DNA of 64,000 bases, taken from positions 36,458,001 to 36,522,000 of the forward strand of contig NC_045696.1 of assembly GCF_009834535.1 (NCBI RefSeq), in the 5' to 3' direction. The notes beneath the pieces were generated by a model, which searched no databases, had not been told where the DNA came from, and saw nothing but the letters and a program-made list of their open reading frames with translations. Origin of the DNA: Camelus ferus. Its lineage: Eukaryota. Positions 12,611 through 24,803 of this stretch are shown piece after piece (position 1 is the stretch's first letter; the number at the start of each line of letters is the position of its first letter). Made by a program: the position numbers and the translations under genes.

Positions 12611-12868
12611 TAGTAATAGCTATTTTTAATGAATGTTTACTATGTCCCAGGCATTGTTCTGAACTGCTTTACATGTTATTAACTCATTTAAACTTCGTAA
12701 AATCCCTTGAGATCATTATTGTTACAAGCCCGCCCCCACTTTCCAAACGAGGAAATTCAAGCAATGAAGAAATTAGATAACTTGCCCAAAGTGCCACAGT
12801 GAGTTGGAGAAGAGCCAGGATGCAAGCCCAAATGACCTAGCTCAAGATCTATGCTTACACCCTACACC
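12611..12868 (-). mobile_element. MIR SINE (near full length)
   Basis: TTTACTATGTCCCAGGCATTGTTCT, GAGGAAATTCAAGC, ATAACTTGCCCAAAG, GAGCCAGGATGCAAGCCC. Confidence 0.8.
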
Positions 12869-14929
12869 GTCAGCTCTGGCTGTTTTATTAAGTAAAACTG
12901 GGCTATTGGAACTTTTGTATATTAGATGCATCTCATGCAAATCTATCTGGTGATTGATTTAAGCACTTAGTTGTTTTTAACCCATAAAGAGTTTGGATCT
13001 AAACATTTTGAATTCTGTTCATTGAACTCTTTTATGGTCCCAGTGCATGTTTATGCCTGAAATAGTCAAATGGCATAATTTCAATACCCTTCATCCTCAG
13101 ACAGCACTCCTTCCATAATGGATTGATGTACCTCTTCATTTTTGAGCATTTAAGAGTCTTTCAGACACCTTTTATGATTAAAAAAAAATTTCCACCTCTT
13201 TCCAATGGGGAATATGTCCTATACACAAAATCACCTTCTAAAAATACCCCTAAAAAGTTTTTATACAGGTTTTAAAAGATTTATTTGTTGACTGTAGTTG
13301 GTAGACTTGATGACTTTGAGGATGGTAAAGAAGGCAAATTTTCAGCTTTTGCAAGGATTCTCACTTTCTAATTTCCCTAATGCTTTTCAGTCTGCAAGTA
13401 TTTGGGTTCAGGTTTATGGTTTGTCTGCCCTCAAGCCATAGGATACAAATTCTGTGTGCATTGCTCATGATAAATTCAGCAGATATTTGTGTAAATGTCA
13501 TACAGCATGTAAAGTGACAAGAATTTCACTATAATTTGGCATAAGGTGAAGCATTAATTAAGGGATATACATACAAATGAGTTGAGGGAAAACACTTTGC
13601 TGTCAGGTAGTTTGGAAAATGACCATAATGAACATTGTTGGCATTTTTGTGACCTATAAATGCTATATAAAGCTTTACCAAAAAATCTACTGAGGTCAGC
13701 AACATCAAAGCATTAACTAATGGGTACTTAAACTACTTGCAAAATGAATCATATTAAAGCTTCAGAAGAATAAATCACTATTTACTGATGCAGAATAGAT
13801 TACATGATTATTGCAAGCCACAGCATATGAGAATGTAATATCATTCATAAAATACAGAATGAAATAGACCTATTTACTGCAAGTTGTTATTTTTGATGCA
13901 TATTCTTTTTTAATTAGTAGAACAAATGTTAATGCCAAAAAGCCTGGATTCCCAGGCAAAGAAAGTATTCATGCTACAGAGTTGAACTGGGGATACAAAG
14001 TACTAAAAATTATTTTATATTTAGTACAGCCTCTCCCCAAATAAAGTTAGTGCCCTCTAAAAATGTGACACTGTCTAAGGCTTTTTGACTGTTCTTGTCA
14101 AAACTTTAGAGACTGATTTGAATGAATAGTAGAACACCAGTGGGGTAATAATGAAATGGGCTGACCCTGTTGGGTTGAACAATGCCTTCTCATTTAGTCT
14201 TGGCCTTGCAGTTGAGAGTAAGCTGTCTTCTGAGGATAGCATCCTGTTTTTTGGACCTTCAGCATCAGTAAATTCTCAAAAATAGGGACTGGAGAAATGT
14301 ATCTGTTCTGTCATCCATGGATCTTCTCTTCCCTCTAACGTTGTCTCTGGTTTCTTTGTCTCCAAGCCTGTTAGTGTGGTGCTTTGGTTTCTGTCTCTAC
14401 ATCCGTCCAAACTTGGCAGCTTAACCCCCATGTATAGGTTCAGCTGTTCCTCATACTTGAGAACCAATCTTGATCTTAGGATCGATGTACGAATGTGGTG
14501 ACAAGCAGTAATAAATAATCCTGCTTAGAAACTTAGATGCCTCAAATTGAAACAATATTATTGTGGTTCTACTCTGACCCTGGCGATCTAGTCGTCTGGA
14601 ACTTGAGTTCCTCTTCCTAGTTTTCATTCTTCGGGAGGGAGCCATTTCCTCTTCTGTCACTAGGTCCCAGGGCGTTGAATCCAGTTGTTCAAGGTGTCCA
14701 GATTGTAATCTTAAATGATCAGTTCCACAGATGTTTGTTACTGGTAATAATTCCCACCTTATTTTGAGTGGTTTCCTTGCCGTATCCTTCCTGTCTACAC
14801 TGTAAACTCTCTCAGAGCAGCAGGTGGATGTGCTCTGTCCAGCTGGAAAACACTGGGCATAAGCTTACTAAATCTGTTTCTTCTGCCTGGGTCCATCCAC
14901 ACCTAAACATTCCTTTGGAGATCTTCACA

Positions 14930-15033
14930 TTTAGGTGAGACAGTGACACTAGTTCCAGTTGATAAAATTTAAGCAAAAGCGAGGTGTCATTTTCAGCTTG
15001 AGCCCATTAAGAGCAGATGTGCATTCTCTAAGC

Positions 15034-15064
<31 letters not shown>

Positions 15065-16906
15065 GTCTCTGTCTCAGTGGACTGATTGATACTATGCTGA
15101 TTATGAAAACGTGCATTGAAGAGAGTGGAACTAAAACAAGTTTCCTTTGCTGAATGACTGCACATAGCAGAAACCCTGCTGTCACTCTGCATTGGAATAG
15201 GATATGTTAAGCCACAGAGATTTTGAGGCTTTTTTTTTTTTTTTTTAAAGCAAAAACTTACTTTAATATATTTGTAAGTGGGCTGTGGCCATCATAAAAA
15301 ATTGAAAATATATGGCAATGAATTAGCATTTTGGTAACAGAATTCAGAGAATCAGATATGAAAGGTTGGAGATACAGCATTTCATATAATGTACTGACAA
15401 CACATGTGGTAAGATTTTAACCTGCCATATTGAGAGGAAGGATATATGCCTCATCAGCTAGCCGGCCTAGGGAAAGTGAATTGAAATAATAAAATTGTTA
15501 CAGCATGTTGGCTAATATTAATTGAGGTTGGCAAAGAGAAAGGTGACCTGAGGAAAGAACTGACCCACTTGTAAGCATAAATGAATAGAAACAGAGAAAG
15601 TCCAGTAAAAAGGTCCTTGAAGAGTTGGAAAAGTTGACTGTTTGTGGCTCTGAAACAATTGGAGAAAAATTGGATGCCAAATATGACTGAGAAATCTTGT
15701 GAGCAAAAGAAATCTATTGAAAATAGTCTTCCTACTCAAGCCTGCTTGCCTCAAGGAAGTGGTCATTAAGGTTGGAGTGGGCTGTCTACAAACAAGCAAA
15801 TAAACACATCCCATTTGGGAACTATGTCCATGAAAGAACTGGGTATGTTTGCTATACATCATACTGAACTGGAAACAAATAATTAAAAAGCCTAAAAAAG
15901 CAATAAGCCAGGACTAAATTCTTTTACTAAATTTTAACTCAGACTGAAGTTTAGCTAAAACTCTACTATTGGAATGTATGCTTACAGTGAGCAGAATGTG
16001 AGTTCCCAAAGCTCTTCTCTCTCCAGTGGACAGAATATCCAAACTTTATTTTAAATATGGCTATGAGAATTTTGACTTGAAGAACCGTATTATCCAAACC
16101 AAGATGTCCTGGGATCAAAAGAACAGGGGATGAAGATGTTCCTTCCAAAGAACAGAATTAGGTTTGTAATATCTATTGCATCAGAATTGCTATATACCAG
16201 TAACTGCTTTGTGATTTCTGTTTTTCTCTCTTCTGAATGTAAATGTTTATTGAAGTTACACTCTCCCTGCTCTGCCAATCAGTGTCAGAGGGAGGCAGAT
16301 GATTTCTCTTTTCGGTTCATTAGTCATTAGACCATGAGAAAGCAATATGAACAAGTTAAGAAGGGCCTTGCATCATCAGGAGTTCTTGGACTTTCAGCTG
16401 ATTACAGTGAATGCTCAGGACTTTAAGTTTTCCTTGAGAGCGGATGAATGTGTTCTACATGTGGATGAAAAGCGAACTGGATATTTCTTGACCACAAAGG
16501 AGGATTGTGGCAGAGACAATGGAATATGTTCACCAAACCTATTTCTTTTTCCTCTAGGGTGTGTTGATGGACTGTTTCCTAGTCGACTTCCTATAGATAA
16601 ACCTACATGAACGGATTCGGGTGAAAGGAATGCAGGGAGAAGTGTTATATACAGTTTTTAGATCTAGACCATAAAAATTACCCATGAGCAATCATTTACT
16701 CTTTTCCTTTTTTAGGGCATCCTTGGAGTTTATGTGTGTAGATGGTGGCATCATAAAATGAAAGCAGCCAAGTTTGTGAAGTAGAGTCCTGCCACCCCCA
16801 TCACCATTTCATTAGATTATGGCACAGGCATTTGATGAGCTTTTATTTATACGACTGAAACTTTGAGTCATTTTTTTCTATCAGTTAGCATATCCTGACT
16901 AGTACA
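14930..16906 (+). mobile_element. Ancient MaLR element with LTR-internal-LTR structure (MLT1I/J-like)
   Basis: Degraded 5' LTR to ~15270 (TTAAGCCACAGAGATTTTGAGG), MLT1-int-like interior, purine tract CAAAGGAGGAT then 3' LTR TGTGGCAGAGAC (16506) to CCTGACTAGTACA (16906); left boundary approximate. Confidence 0.6.
15033..15075 (+). repeat. (TCTCTG)n/(TC)n microsatellite
   Basis: Direct observation. Confidence 0.85.
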
Positions 16907-17019
16907 TGCAATATTTACAACTTTTTAAAAATGATACACCACTCTTAGATTTATTCTGTATTTTTTAATACCTCAAGCCTTTCTGTTTTGTTTAATCTAT
17001 GCTTTAACCAGTATGATAA

Positions 17020-17350
17020 TACATTCTGTTTTCCTTTTCTCTGAGTTCATTAATTACTGAATTGAATACTTGGTTTATTTATTTTTATTCTTTGTTTAAA
17101 GTGAAAGCATTTAGATCTATTAATTTTACTCTGAGTACATTTTACTCTGGTTTTCTGGGTGCAGATTTGGCCACATCCCATACATTTTGATATATTATTT
17201 TATTTTATTATACTCTCTTAGTTATTATTTTCCAAAGGGCTCCCAAGGAAGTTTTTATTTCCTCATTGATAAAAGAGTTTGGGAAAATGGTTTTACGTGT
17301 GGTTCTGCATACTGGTTTTAAATAGTGCCCTTCTGCTTATAGTTGAGGAA
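17020..17350 (-). mobile_element. Old L1M ORF2 fragment adjacent to the young L1 insertion site
   Basis: AAGCATTTAGATCTATTAATTTTACTCTGAGTAC and CACATCCCATACATTTTGATAT resemble the L1 segment seen at 20575-20630 and 43670-43730. Confidence 0.5.
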
Positions 17351-17684
17351 TTTTGGGTAAGTTTTTTTTTTTTTAACATTTTTTATTGATTTATAATCAT
17401 TTTACAATGTTGTGTCAAATTCCAGTGTTCAGCACAATTTTTCAGTTATTCATGGACATATACACACTCATTGTCACATTTTTTTCTCTGTGAGTTATCA
17501 TAACATTTTGTGTATATTTCCCTGTGCTATACAGTGTAGTCTATTCTACAATTTTGAAATCCCAGTCTATCCCTTCCCACCCTCCACCCCCCTGGTAACC
17601 ACAAGTCTGTATTCTCTGTCTGTGAGTCTATTTCTGTCCTTTATTTACGCTTTGTTTTTGTTTGTTTGTTTTTGTTTTTGTTTT

Positions 17685-20600
17685 TTAGATTCCACATATG
17701 AGCGATCTCATATGGTATTTTTCTTTCTCTTTCTGGCTTACTTCACTTAGAATGACATTCTCCAGGAGCATCCATGTTGCTGCAAATGGCATTATGTTGT
17801 CGGTTTTTATGGCTGAGTAGTATTCCATTGTATAAATATACCACCTCTTCTTAATCCAGTCACCTGTTGATGGACATTTAGGCTGTTTCCACGTTTTGGC
17901 TATTGTAAATAGTGCTGCTATGAACTTGGGGTGCAGGTGTCATCCTGAAGTAGATTTCCTTCTGGATACAAGCCCAGGAGTGGGATTCCTGGGTCATATG
18001 GTAAGTCTATTCCTAGTCTTTTGAGGAATCTCCACACTGTTTTCCATAGTGGCTGCACCAAACTGCATTCCCACCAGCAGTGTAGGAGGGTTCCCCTTTC
18101 TCCACAGCCTCTCCAGCATTTGTCATTTGTGGATTTTTGAATGACGGCCATTCTGACTGGTGTGAGGTGATAACTCATTGTAGTTTTGATTTGCATTTCT
18201 CTGATAATTAGTGATATTGAGCATTTTTTCATGTGCTTTTTGATCATTTGTATGTCTTCCTTGGAGAATTGCTTGTTTAGGTCTTCTGCCCATTTTTGGA
18301 TTGGGTTGTTTATTTTTTTCTTACTGAGTCGTATGAGCTGCTTATATATTCTGGAGATCAAGCCTTTGTCGGTTTCACTTGCAAAAATTTTCTCCCATTC
18401 CGTAGGTTTTCTTCTTGTTTTATTTCTGGTTTACTTTGCTGTGCAGAAGCTTGTAAGTTTCACTAGGTCCCATTTGTTTATTCTTGCTTTTATTTCTTCT
18501 AGGAGAAAAATTTTTAAATGTATGTCAGATAATGTTTTGCCTATGTTTTCCTCTAGGAGGTTTATTGTATCTTGTCTTATGTTTAAGTCTTTAATCCATT
18601 TTGAGTTGATTTTTGTATATGGTGTAAGGGAGTGTTCTAGCTTCATTGTTTTACATGCTGCTGTCCAGTTTTCCCAACACCATTTGCTGAAGAGACTGTC
18701 TTTATTCCAATGTATATTCTTGCCTCCTTTGTCGAAGATGAGTTGACCAAAAGTTTGTGGGTTCATTTCTGGGCTCTCTATTCTGTTCCATTGGTCTATA
18801 TGTCTGTTTTGGTACCAATACCATGCTGTCTTGATGACTGTAGCTCTATAGTATTGTCTGAAGTCTGGGAGAGTTATTCCTCCAGCCTCTTTCTTTCTCT
18901 CCAGTTAAGCTTTGGCAATTCTAGGTCTTTGATGGTTCCATATGAATTTTATTATGATTTTTTCTAGTTCTGTGAAATATGTCCTGGGTAATTGGATAGG
19001 GATTGCATGAAATCTGTAGATTGCCTTGGGCAGTGTGACCATTTTAACAATATTGATTCTTCCAATCCAAGAGCATGGAATATCTTTCCATTTTTTTTAG
19101 TCTTCTTTAATTTCCTTCATCAATGGTTTATAGTTTTCTGTGTATAATTCTTTCACCTCCTTGGTTAGATTTATTCCCAGATATTTTATTACTTTGGGTG
19201 CTATTTTAAAGGGGATTGTTTCTTTACTTTCTTCTTCTGTTGATTTATCGTTAGTGTAAAGAAATGCAACTGATTTTTGAACGTTAATTTTGTAACCTGC
19301 TACCTTGCTGAATTCTTCAATCAGCTCTAGTAGCTTTTGTGTGGACCTTTTAGGGTTTTCTATATATAGTAACATGTCGTCGGCATATAATGATACTTTT
19401 ACCTCTTCTTTTCCAATTTGGATCCCTTTTATTTCTTTCTCTTGCCTGACTGCTGTGGCTAGGACTTCCAGGACTATGTTGAATAGGAGTGGTGATAGTG
19501 GGCATCCTTGTCTTGTCCCAGATTTTAGTGGGAAGCTTTTGAGTTTTTCACCGTTGAGTACTATGCTGGCTGTAGGTTTGTCATATATAGCTTTTATTAT
19601 GTTGAGATATGTTCCCTCTATACTCACTTTGGCGAGAGTTTTTATCATAAATGGGTGTTGAATTTTATCAAATGCTTTTTCTGCATCGATTGAGATGATC
19701 ATGTGGTTTTTGTTCTTTCTCTTGTTGATGTGATGTATTACACTGATTGATTTGTGTGTGTTGAACCAGCCTTGTGTCCCTGGGATGAACCCCACTTGGT
19801 CATGATGTATAATCTTTTTTATGTGTTGTTGGATTCTATTTGCTAAAATTTTGGTGAGGATTTTGGCGTCTATGTTCATCAGTGATATTGGCCTATAATT
19901 CTCTTTTTTTGTAGTGTCTTTGCCTGGTTTTGGTATCAGGGTGATGGTGGCTTCATAGAATGAGTTTGGGAGTATTCCCTCCTTTTCAATCGTCTGGAAG
20001 AGTTTGAGAAGGACTGGTATGAGTTCTTCTTTGTATGTTTGGTAGAATTCCCTGGTGAAGCCGTCCAGTCCTGGACTTTTATTTGTAGGGAGGTTTTTAA
20101 TTGCTATTTCTATTTCCTTTCTAGTGATCGGATTGTTCAAGTGTTCAGATTCTTCTTGATTCAGTTTTGGTGGACAGTATGTTTCCAGAAACTTGTCCAT
20201 CTCCTCTAGGTTATCCAGTTTGGTTCCATATAGTTTTTCATAATATTCTCGTATGATATTCTGTGTTTCTATTTTGTTTGTTGTAATTTCTCCATTTTCC
20301 TTTCTTATTTTGCTAATTTGTGCTCTCTCTTTTTTCTTCTTTGTGAGTTTGGCCAGAGGTTTGTCGATTTTATTTACTTTTTCAAAAAACCAGCTTTTGG
20401 TTTGGTTGATTTTTTCTATGGTCTTGTTAATCTCTATTGTATTTAATTCCTCTCTGATCTTTATTATTTCCTTCCTTCTGCTGCTTTTTGGGGCTTTTTG
20501 TTCTTCTTTTTCTAATTCATTCAGGTGGTGGGTTAAATTGTTTATTTGAGATTGTTCTTTTTTGAGGAAGGCCTGTATCGCTATAAACTTCCCTCTTAGC

Positions 20601-21478
20601 ACTGCCTTTGCTGTGTCCCATAGGTTTTGAGTGGTTGTGCTTTCATTATCATTTGTCTCAAGGTATTTTTTAATTTCAGCTTTGATTTCCTCATTGATCC
20701 ATTGTTTTTTCAATAACATACTGTTTAATCTCCATGCTTTTCTTTTTTTCTCCTTTGTTTCTCTGTTGTTGATTTCCAGTTTCATGGCATTGTGGTCAGT
20801 AAAGATGCTTGAGATAATTTCTATCTTCTTAAAATTGTTGAGGTTTCTTTTGTGTCCGAATACATGATCGATCCTGGAAAATGTTCCATGTGCACTTGAA
20901 AAGAATGTATATCCTATTTTTTGGGGGTGTAATGCTCTGAAAATATCCACCAAATCTAGTTTTTCTATTGTAGTATTTAATTTCTCTGTTGCCTTGTTTA
21001 TTTTCTGTCTGGAAGATCTGTCTAGTGATGTTAATGCAGTGTTAAAATCTCCAACTACGATTGTATTCCCATCAATATCCCCCTTTATCTCTGTTAGTAA
21101 TTCTTGTATGTACTTAGGTGCTCCTATATTGGGTGCATATATATTAACGAGTGTAATATCCTCATCTTGTATCACTCCTTTAATCATTATAAAATGTCCT
21201 TCTTTATCTTTCTTTATGGCCTTTGTTTTAAAGTCTATTTTGTCTGAAATCAGTACTGCAACACCTGCTTTTTTGGCTTCTCCATTTGCATGGAATATCC
21301 TTTTCCATCCTTTCACTCTCAATCTATATGTGTCCTTCTCCCTAAAGTGGGTCTCTTGTATGCAGCATATTGAAGGTTCTTGCTTTATTATCCAGTCTGC
21401 CACTCTGTGTCTTTTGACTGGAGCATTTAGTCCATTAACATTTACAGTAATTAATGATAGATGTGTGTTTATTGCCAT
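17685..21478 (-). pseudogene. L1 ORF2 (APE endonuclease, reverse transcriptase, C-terminal Cys-rich domain), disabled
   Basis: [18 protein letters not shown] start at 21478; EN motifs QETH, GDFN, DHN; RT motifs QGCPLSP, YADD, YLGI; in-frame stops at 19097-19099, 18905-18907 and 18431-18433 plus a 1-bp deletion near 17926 (TCTP-MFIAALF); native stop at 17685. Confidence 0.95.
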
Positions 21479-21882
21479 TTTGAACTTAACTTTGCAGTTG
21501 AATTGGTATATCCTCTTTGTCCTTTCTTCTTCCTTTTGTGGTTTGGTAATTTTCCTTTGTATTATCATGGATTTCATTTAATTTTTGTGACTCCTTTGTA
21601 AATTTTTGGCTTGTGGTTACCCTTTTTTGTAAATCTATCAACCCATTACTAGAACTGTTTTTATTAAACTGATAGTAACATGATCTCAAACCCATCCTAC
21701 TGTTAAAAAAAATTTAAAAAAGAAAGAAAAAAATATTCTGTATTTCCCTGCCTCCCTCTCCCACTCTCAGTGATTTGTATGTCTTCTTTAATAATTTCAT
21801 GTTTACTTTATTTGTAATTCATGAGTTATCACCTTTCCAGTTGTGTGTTTCTCATTTCTGTAGCATCCTGCTGCTTTTCTAT

Positions 21883-22786
21883 TTAGAATAGCCCTTTCAA
21901 TATTTCTTTTAGCATGGGTTTAGTGTTGCTAAACTCCTGCAGCTTTTTTTTGTCTGTGAAACTCTTTATTTCTCCTTCTATCCTCAAGGATAGCCTTGCT
22001 GGATAAAGGATCCTAGGCTGCATCTTTTTTTCATTCAGGGCTTTGAATATATCTTGCCACTCCCTTCTGGCCTGTAGTGTTTGTGTAGAGAAATCAGCTG
22101 AGAGCCTTATGGGGGGTTCCCTTGTAGCTTACTCTTTGCTTTTCTCTTGCTGCCTTTAGAATCATTTCTTTATCCTTGACTCTGGCCATCTTGATTATGA
22201 TATGTCTTGGTGTGGGTCTATTTGGGTTCTTCCTGTTTGGGACCCTCTGAGCTTCCTGTACTTGGATATCTGATTCCTTCTTTAAGTTTGGGAAGTTTTC
22301 AGTCATGATTTCTTCAAAAACCTTTTCAATCCCCTTTGATCTTTCTTCTCCTTCTGGGACCCCTATTATGTGAAGATTGGGATGCTTTATATTATCCCAT
22401 AGGTCCCTTATGCTATTTTCATTATTTTTTATTTGCTTCTCTTGTAGTTCTTCTGAATGGGTGCTTTCTATTGCCCTGTCTTCTAGATCACTAATTCGCT
22501 CCTCTGCATTATCTAGTCGGCTTTGCACAGCTATTAGATCATTCCTCATCTCTGTCAATGAGTTTACCCATTCTACTTGGCTCTTCTTTATAGCTTCAAT
22601 TTCATTTTTGACATATTTTATATCTCTAAACACTATCTCTTTTAATTCCTTCAGCAATTCGATCACTCCTTTTTTGAAATCTTGATCTAGTAGGCTATTG
22701 ATGTCTATTTCATTGATCTTTCTTTCAGGGGATTTCTCTTGTTGTTTTAATTGGGAAAGGTTTTTCTGCTTCTTCATCTTGCTCAT
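21883..22786 (-). pseudogene. L1 ORF1 (coiled-coil/RRM/CTD RNA chaperone, ~300 aa) with a +1 frameshift
   Basis: RLDNAEERISDLED, NLHIIGVPE, ENFPNL, PTPRHIIIK motifs; one extra base in the G6 run at 22111-22116 interrupts KGTP-IRLSADFS; the shifted frame reads ...ARREW...YPARL... to TAA at 21883. Confidence 0.93.
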
Positions 22787-23289
22787 ACCTCTTTGGCACT
22801 GTGGTTTATGGAGTATCAGTTGTTTATTTTGGTCCTTAAGGATTTTATCTATCTAATGCCTATTTAGGAATAGAACTTAGGAAAAAAAGAAAAAAAAATA
22901 AGAGAGAGAAAGAATTTTAAAAGAAGGGAGAAAGAGGGTTTGAAAACAGTGTAAAATGAATAATAGAAGAGTGAGTTGAAGCAGAGTATTAATCGGGTTG
23001 AGACGTCCTTTTAAAACCTTTACAAAAAAAGGGGGGGGGAGATGAATAGATGTATTTGAAACCTGTGTCTAATCAATAGCAGGACATCAAAACCCAAGAG
23101 AAATAGAAATGAATTAAGAAGTAAAAATTAAGAGAGTAATAGAAAATAGAACAGGTAAAAACAGATTTAAAAAAAAAAGGGGGGGGGGGTGGTTTGTCGG
23201 TGTTCTCCTGGAGTCTGTGTGCTTTTAATGTGAAGTCTTCCTGTCTTCGTCCTGTTTTGGAAGCTCAGCTTGCTGTTTTCAGAGGCCCT

Positions 23290-24467
23290 CCGTTGGCGCC
23301 CTCTTCTGTGCTGCTCCCAGCACCTGTCGGCAAGCTGATCGCGCCTCTTCCTAACACTGGGTCAGGTGCAGCTCTCTGCTGTGGGCGGGCGGGTCGCTGC
23401 CCCTCCGGATGCCGCACTCAGATGTTGCAGACTGGCCAGGTAGGAGGGCGGGTCGTGCCCCCTCCCAGCACCTTGGTCAGGGGCTGTGTTCCTGCCCTAA
23501 AGGCGGGGGGGCGGGGGGCCGCTCTCCCTCTACCTGCGCCGCCGGTAGTTCCGCTCTCTGTGCGGCTGCGCGCTCCGTCCTGGTCGGCGCTCCGCAGGTG
23601 GGCTCCGGGAAGACGGAGGGACAGCCCTGTCCCTGCTCCGAGCCAAAACCCAGTTCCTTGTTTGTCTTTGTGGAGCAAGTTCTCTGAGGGACCAGGGTGT
23701 AAGGATCCTATCTGCCACGGGCTGCAGGCCAGTCTCAGTCTGGCCTTTGAGGCTGCTAAGCCCGTCCGTGCGGATGCAGGTTTCGCCCCGCCCCCGCCTG
23801 GGTGCTAAGCGCGGAGGATATGGCGGCTGTGCTTGAGCCCCGCCTCTCTTCCCCCGGAAACCTTTCCTCGGGTTTTCAGAGATGGGGGTGTGCACCCTTC
23901 CCCCGAGAGCACATCAACCTTGCTGTTTTATGGAGGGCCCAGGTTGTTCTGCCCTGTGCACCCACAGCCACGGCGCGCAGCCCCCAGCAGTCCCTCGGGG
24001 CTGCCTCTGTGCAGCCGCCCCCGTCCTCCGCCCGGCTTGTGCAGCCTGGCCCTGCCCGCCGCTGCCGGCCCGCATCTCAGGCTGGGTGTCGGGGGGACGC
24101 TCTGTGCCCGTTTAACTTAGTTCTGTTAGTCAAGGGCTGCTCTGTACAGATCCGAGCCTCGGAGGCTCCCCCTCCGTCCCGCTGGCCTCTCAGTTGGAGA
24201 GGGGAGACCCAGCGAGCGAGCGCCAGTCCTCCTTTGCCGCTCCCTCCCCGCGGGACCCGTCCCGCGCTGCTTTGCCTTTTGTTCTTTCTTTTTTCCTTTT
24301 CTCCTACCAGATTTTTGGCGTCTTTATCTTTTGAAGAGGGCGATGTTCTGTCGGAGTTCCGCAGGTGCTCTGGTTGGCTGAGTGGGTCTGTAGATGTGGG
24401 TCTTGGTGTATTTGTGGGAGAGGATGTACCTGCGAGCGTCCTTCTACTCCGCCATCTTCTCCCTCCC
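23290..24467 (-). promoter_or_regulatory. L1 5'UTR CpG island / internal promoter
   Basis: Abrupt GC- and CpG-rich block; YY1-type site CCGCCATCTT at 24449-24458; GC boxes CGCCCCGCCCCCGCC at ~23784-23798. Confidence 0.85.
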
Positions 24468-24803
24468 GTTGGGTAAGTTTTTTTTTTTTTTAACTTTCTG
24501 AACTTCTCTCATATGCTTCCTGGTATTGTTGAGGGTGTTAAATGAGAAATTTCAGTCAAAATCATTAACACTATGTCTAGTTAACCATAATCGCTCAGTA
24601 AATATCAGGGAATGCTCTGACATTGTTTTCATTTAATATTCTGCTAAACTCTAAAGGTAATAACTGTGCCTATGGAGGGAGAGCCATCTTATTTTCCAGC
24701 TAAACCTGGTTCTCTGAACAATTGGACCAGCAGTGAGAGAAGGACACAGAATCTCTGATTCCAATATAAGGACAGTGGGATCCCTCTCTTTTAGATGGCA
24801 AAG

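Larger units (their letters stand above)
17375..24467 (-). mobile_element. Full-length young LINE-1 (~7.1 kb), cetartiodactyl/camelid-type
   Basis: 5' end GGGAGGGAGAAGATGGCGG; ~1.7 kb 5'UTR; ORF1; ~400 bp spacer; ORF2; 3'UTR with G-rich tract and AATAAA; flanked by TSD TTGGGTAAG+T13/T14 (17353-17374, 24469-24491) with a TTTT/AA endonuclease site. Confidence 0.98.

Noticed and set aside
14220..14820. Balanced-composition stretch with short minus-strand ORFs, possible retrocopy
   Set aside because: No recognisable protein, poly(A) tail or TSD; the frames I read contain stops
21479..21577. 33-aa N-terminal extension of ORF2 in the ORF track
   Set aside because: The canonical L1 ORF2 start is MAINTH at 21478; the upstream frame lies in the inter-ORF spacer and there is no evidence it is used
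17412..22685. Many + strand ORFs (e.g. 18186-18746, 19305-19661, 20994-21581, 22377-22685)
   Set aside because: Antisense shadows of L1 ORF1/ORF2; F/L/S/I-rich and not genes
23194..23895. Other long ORFs in the L1 5'UTR (23194-23808 +, 23530-23895 -)
   Set aside because: GC-rich sequence lacks stops by composition; the + strand one starts at TTG; no recognisable domain or splice link
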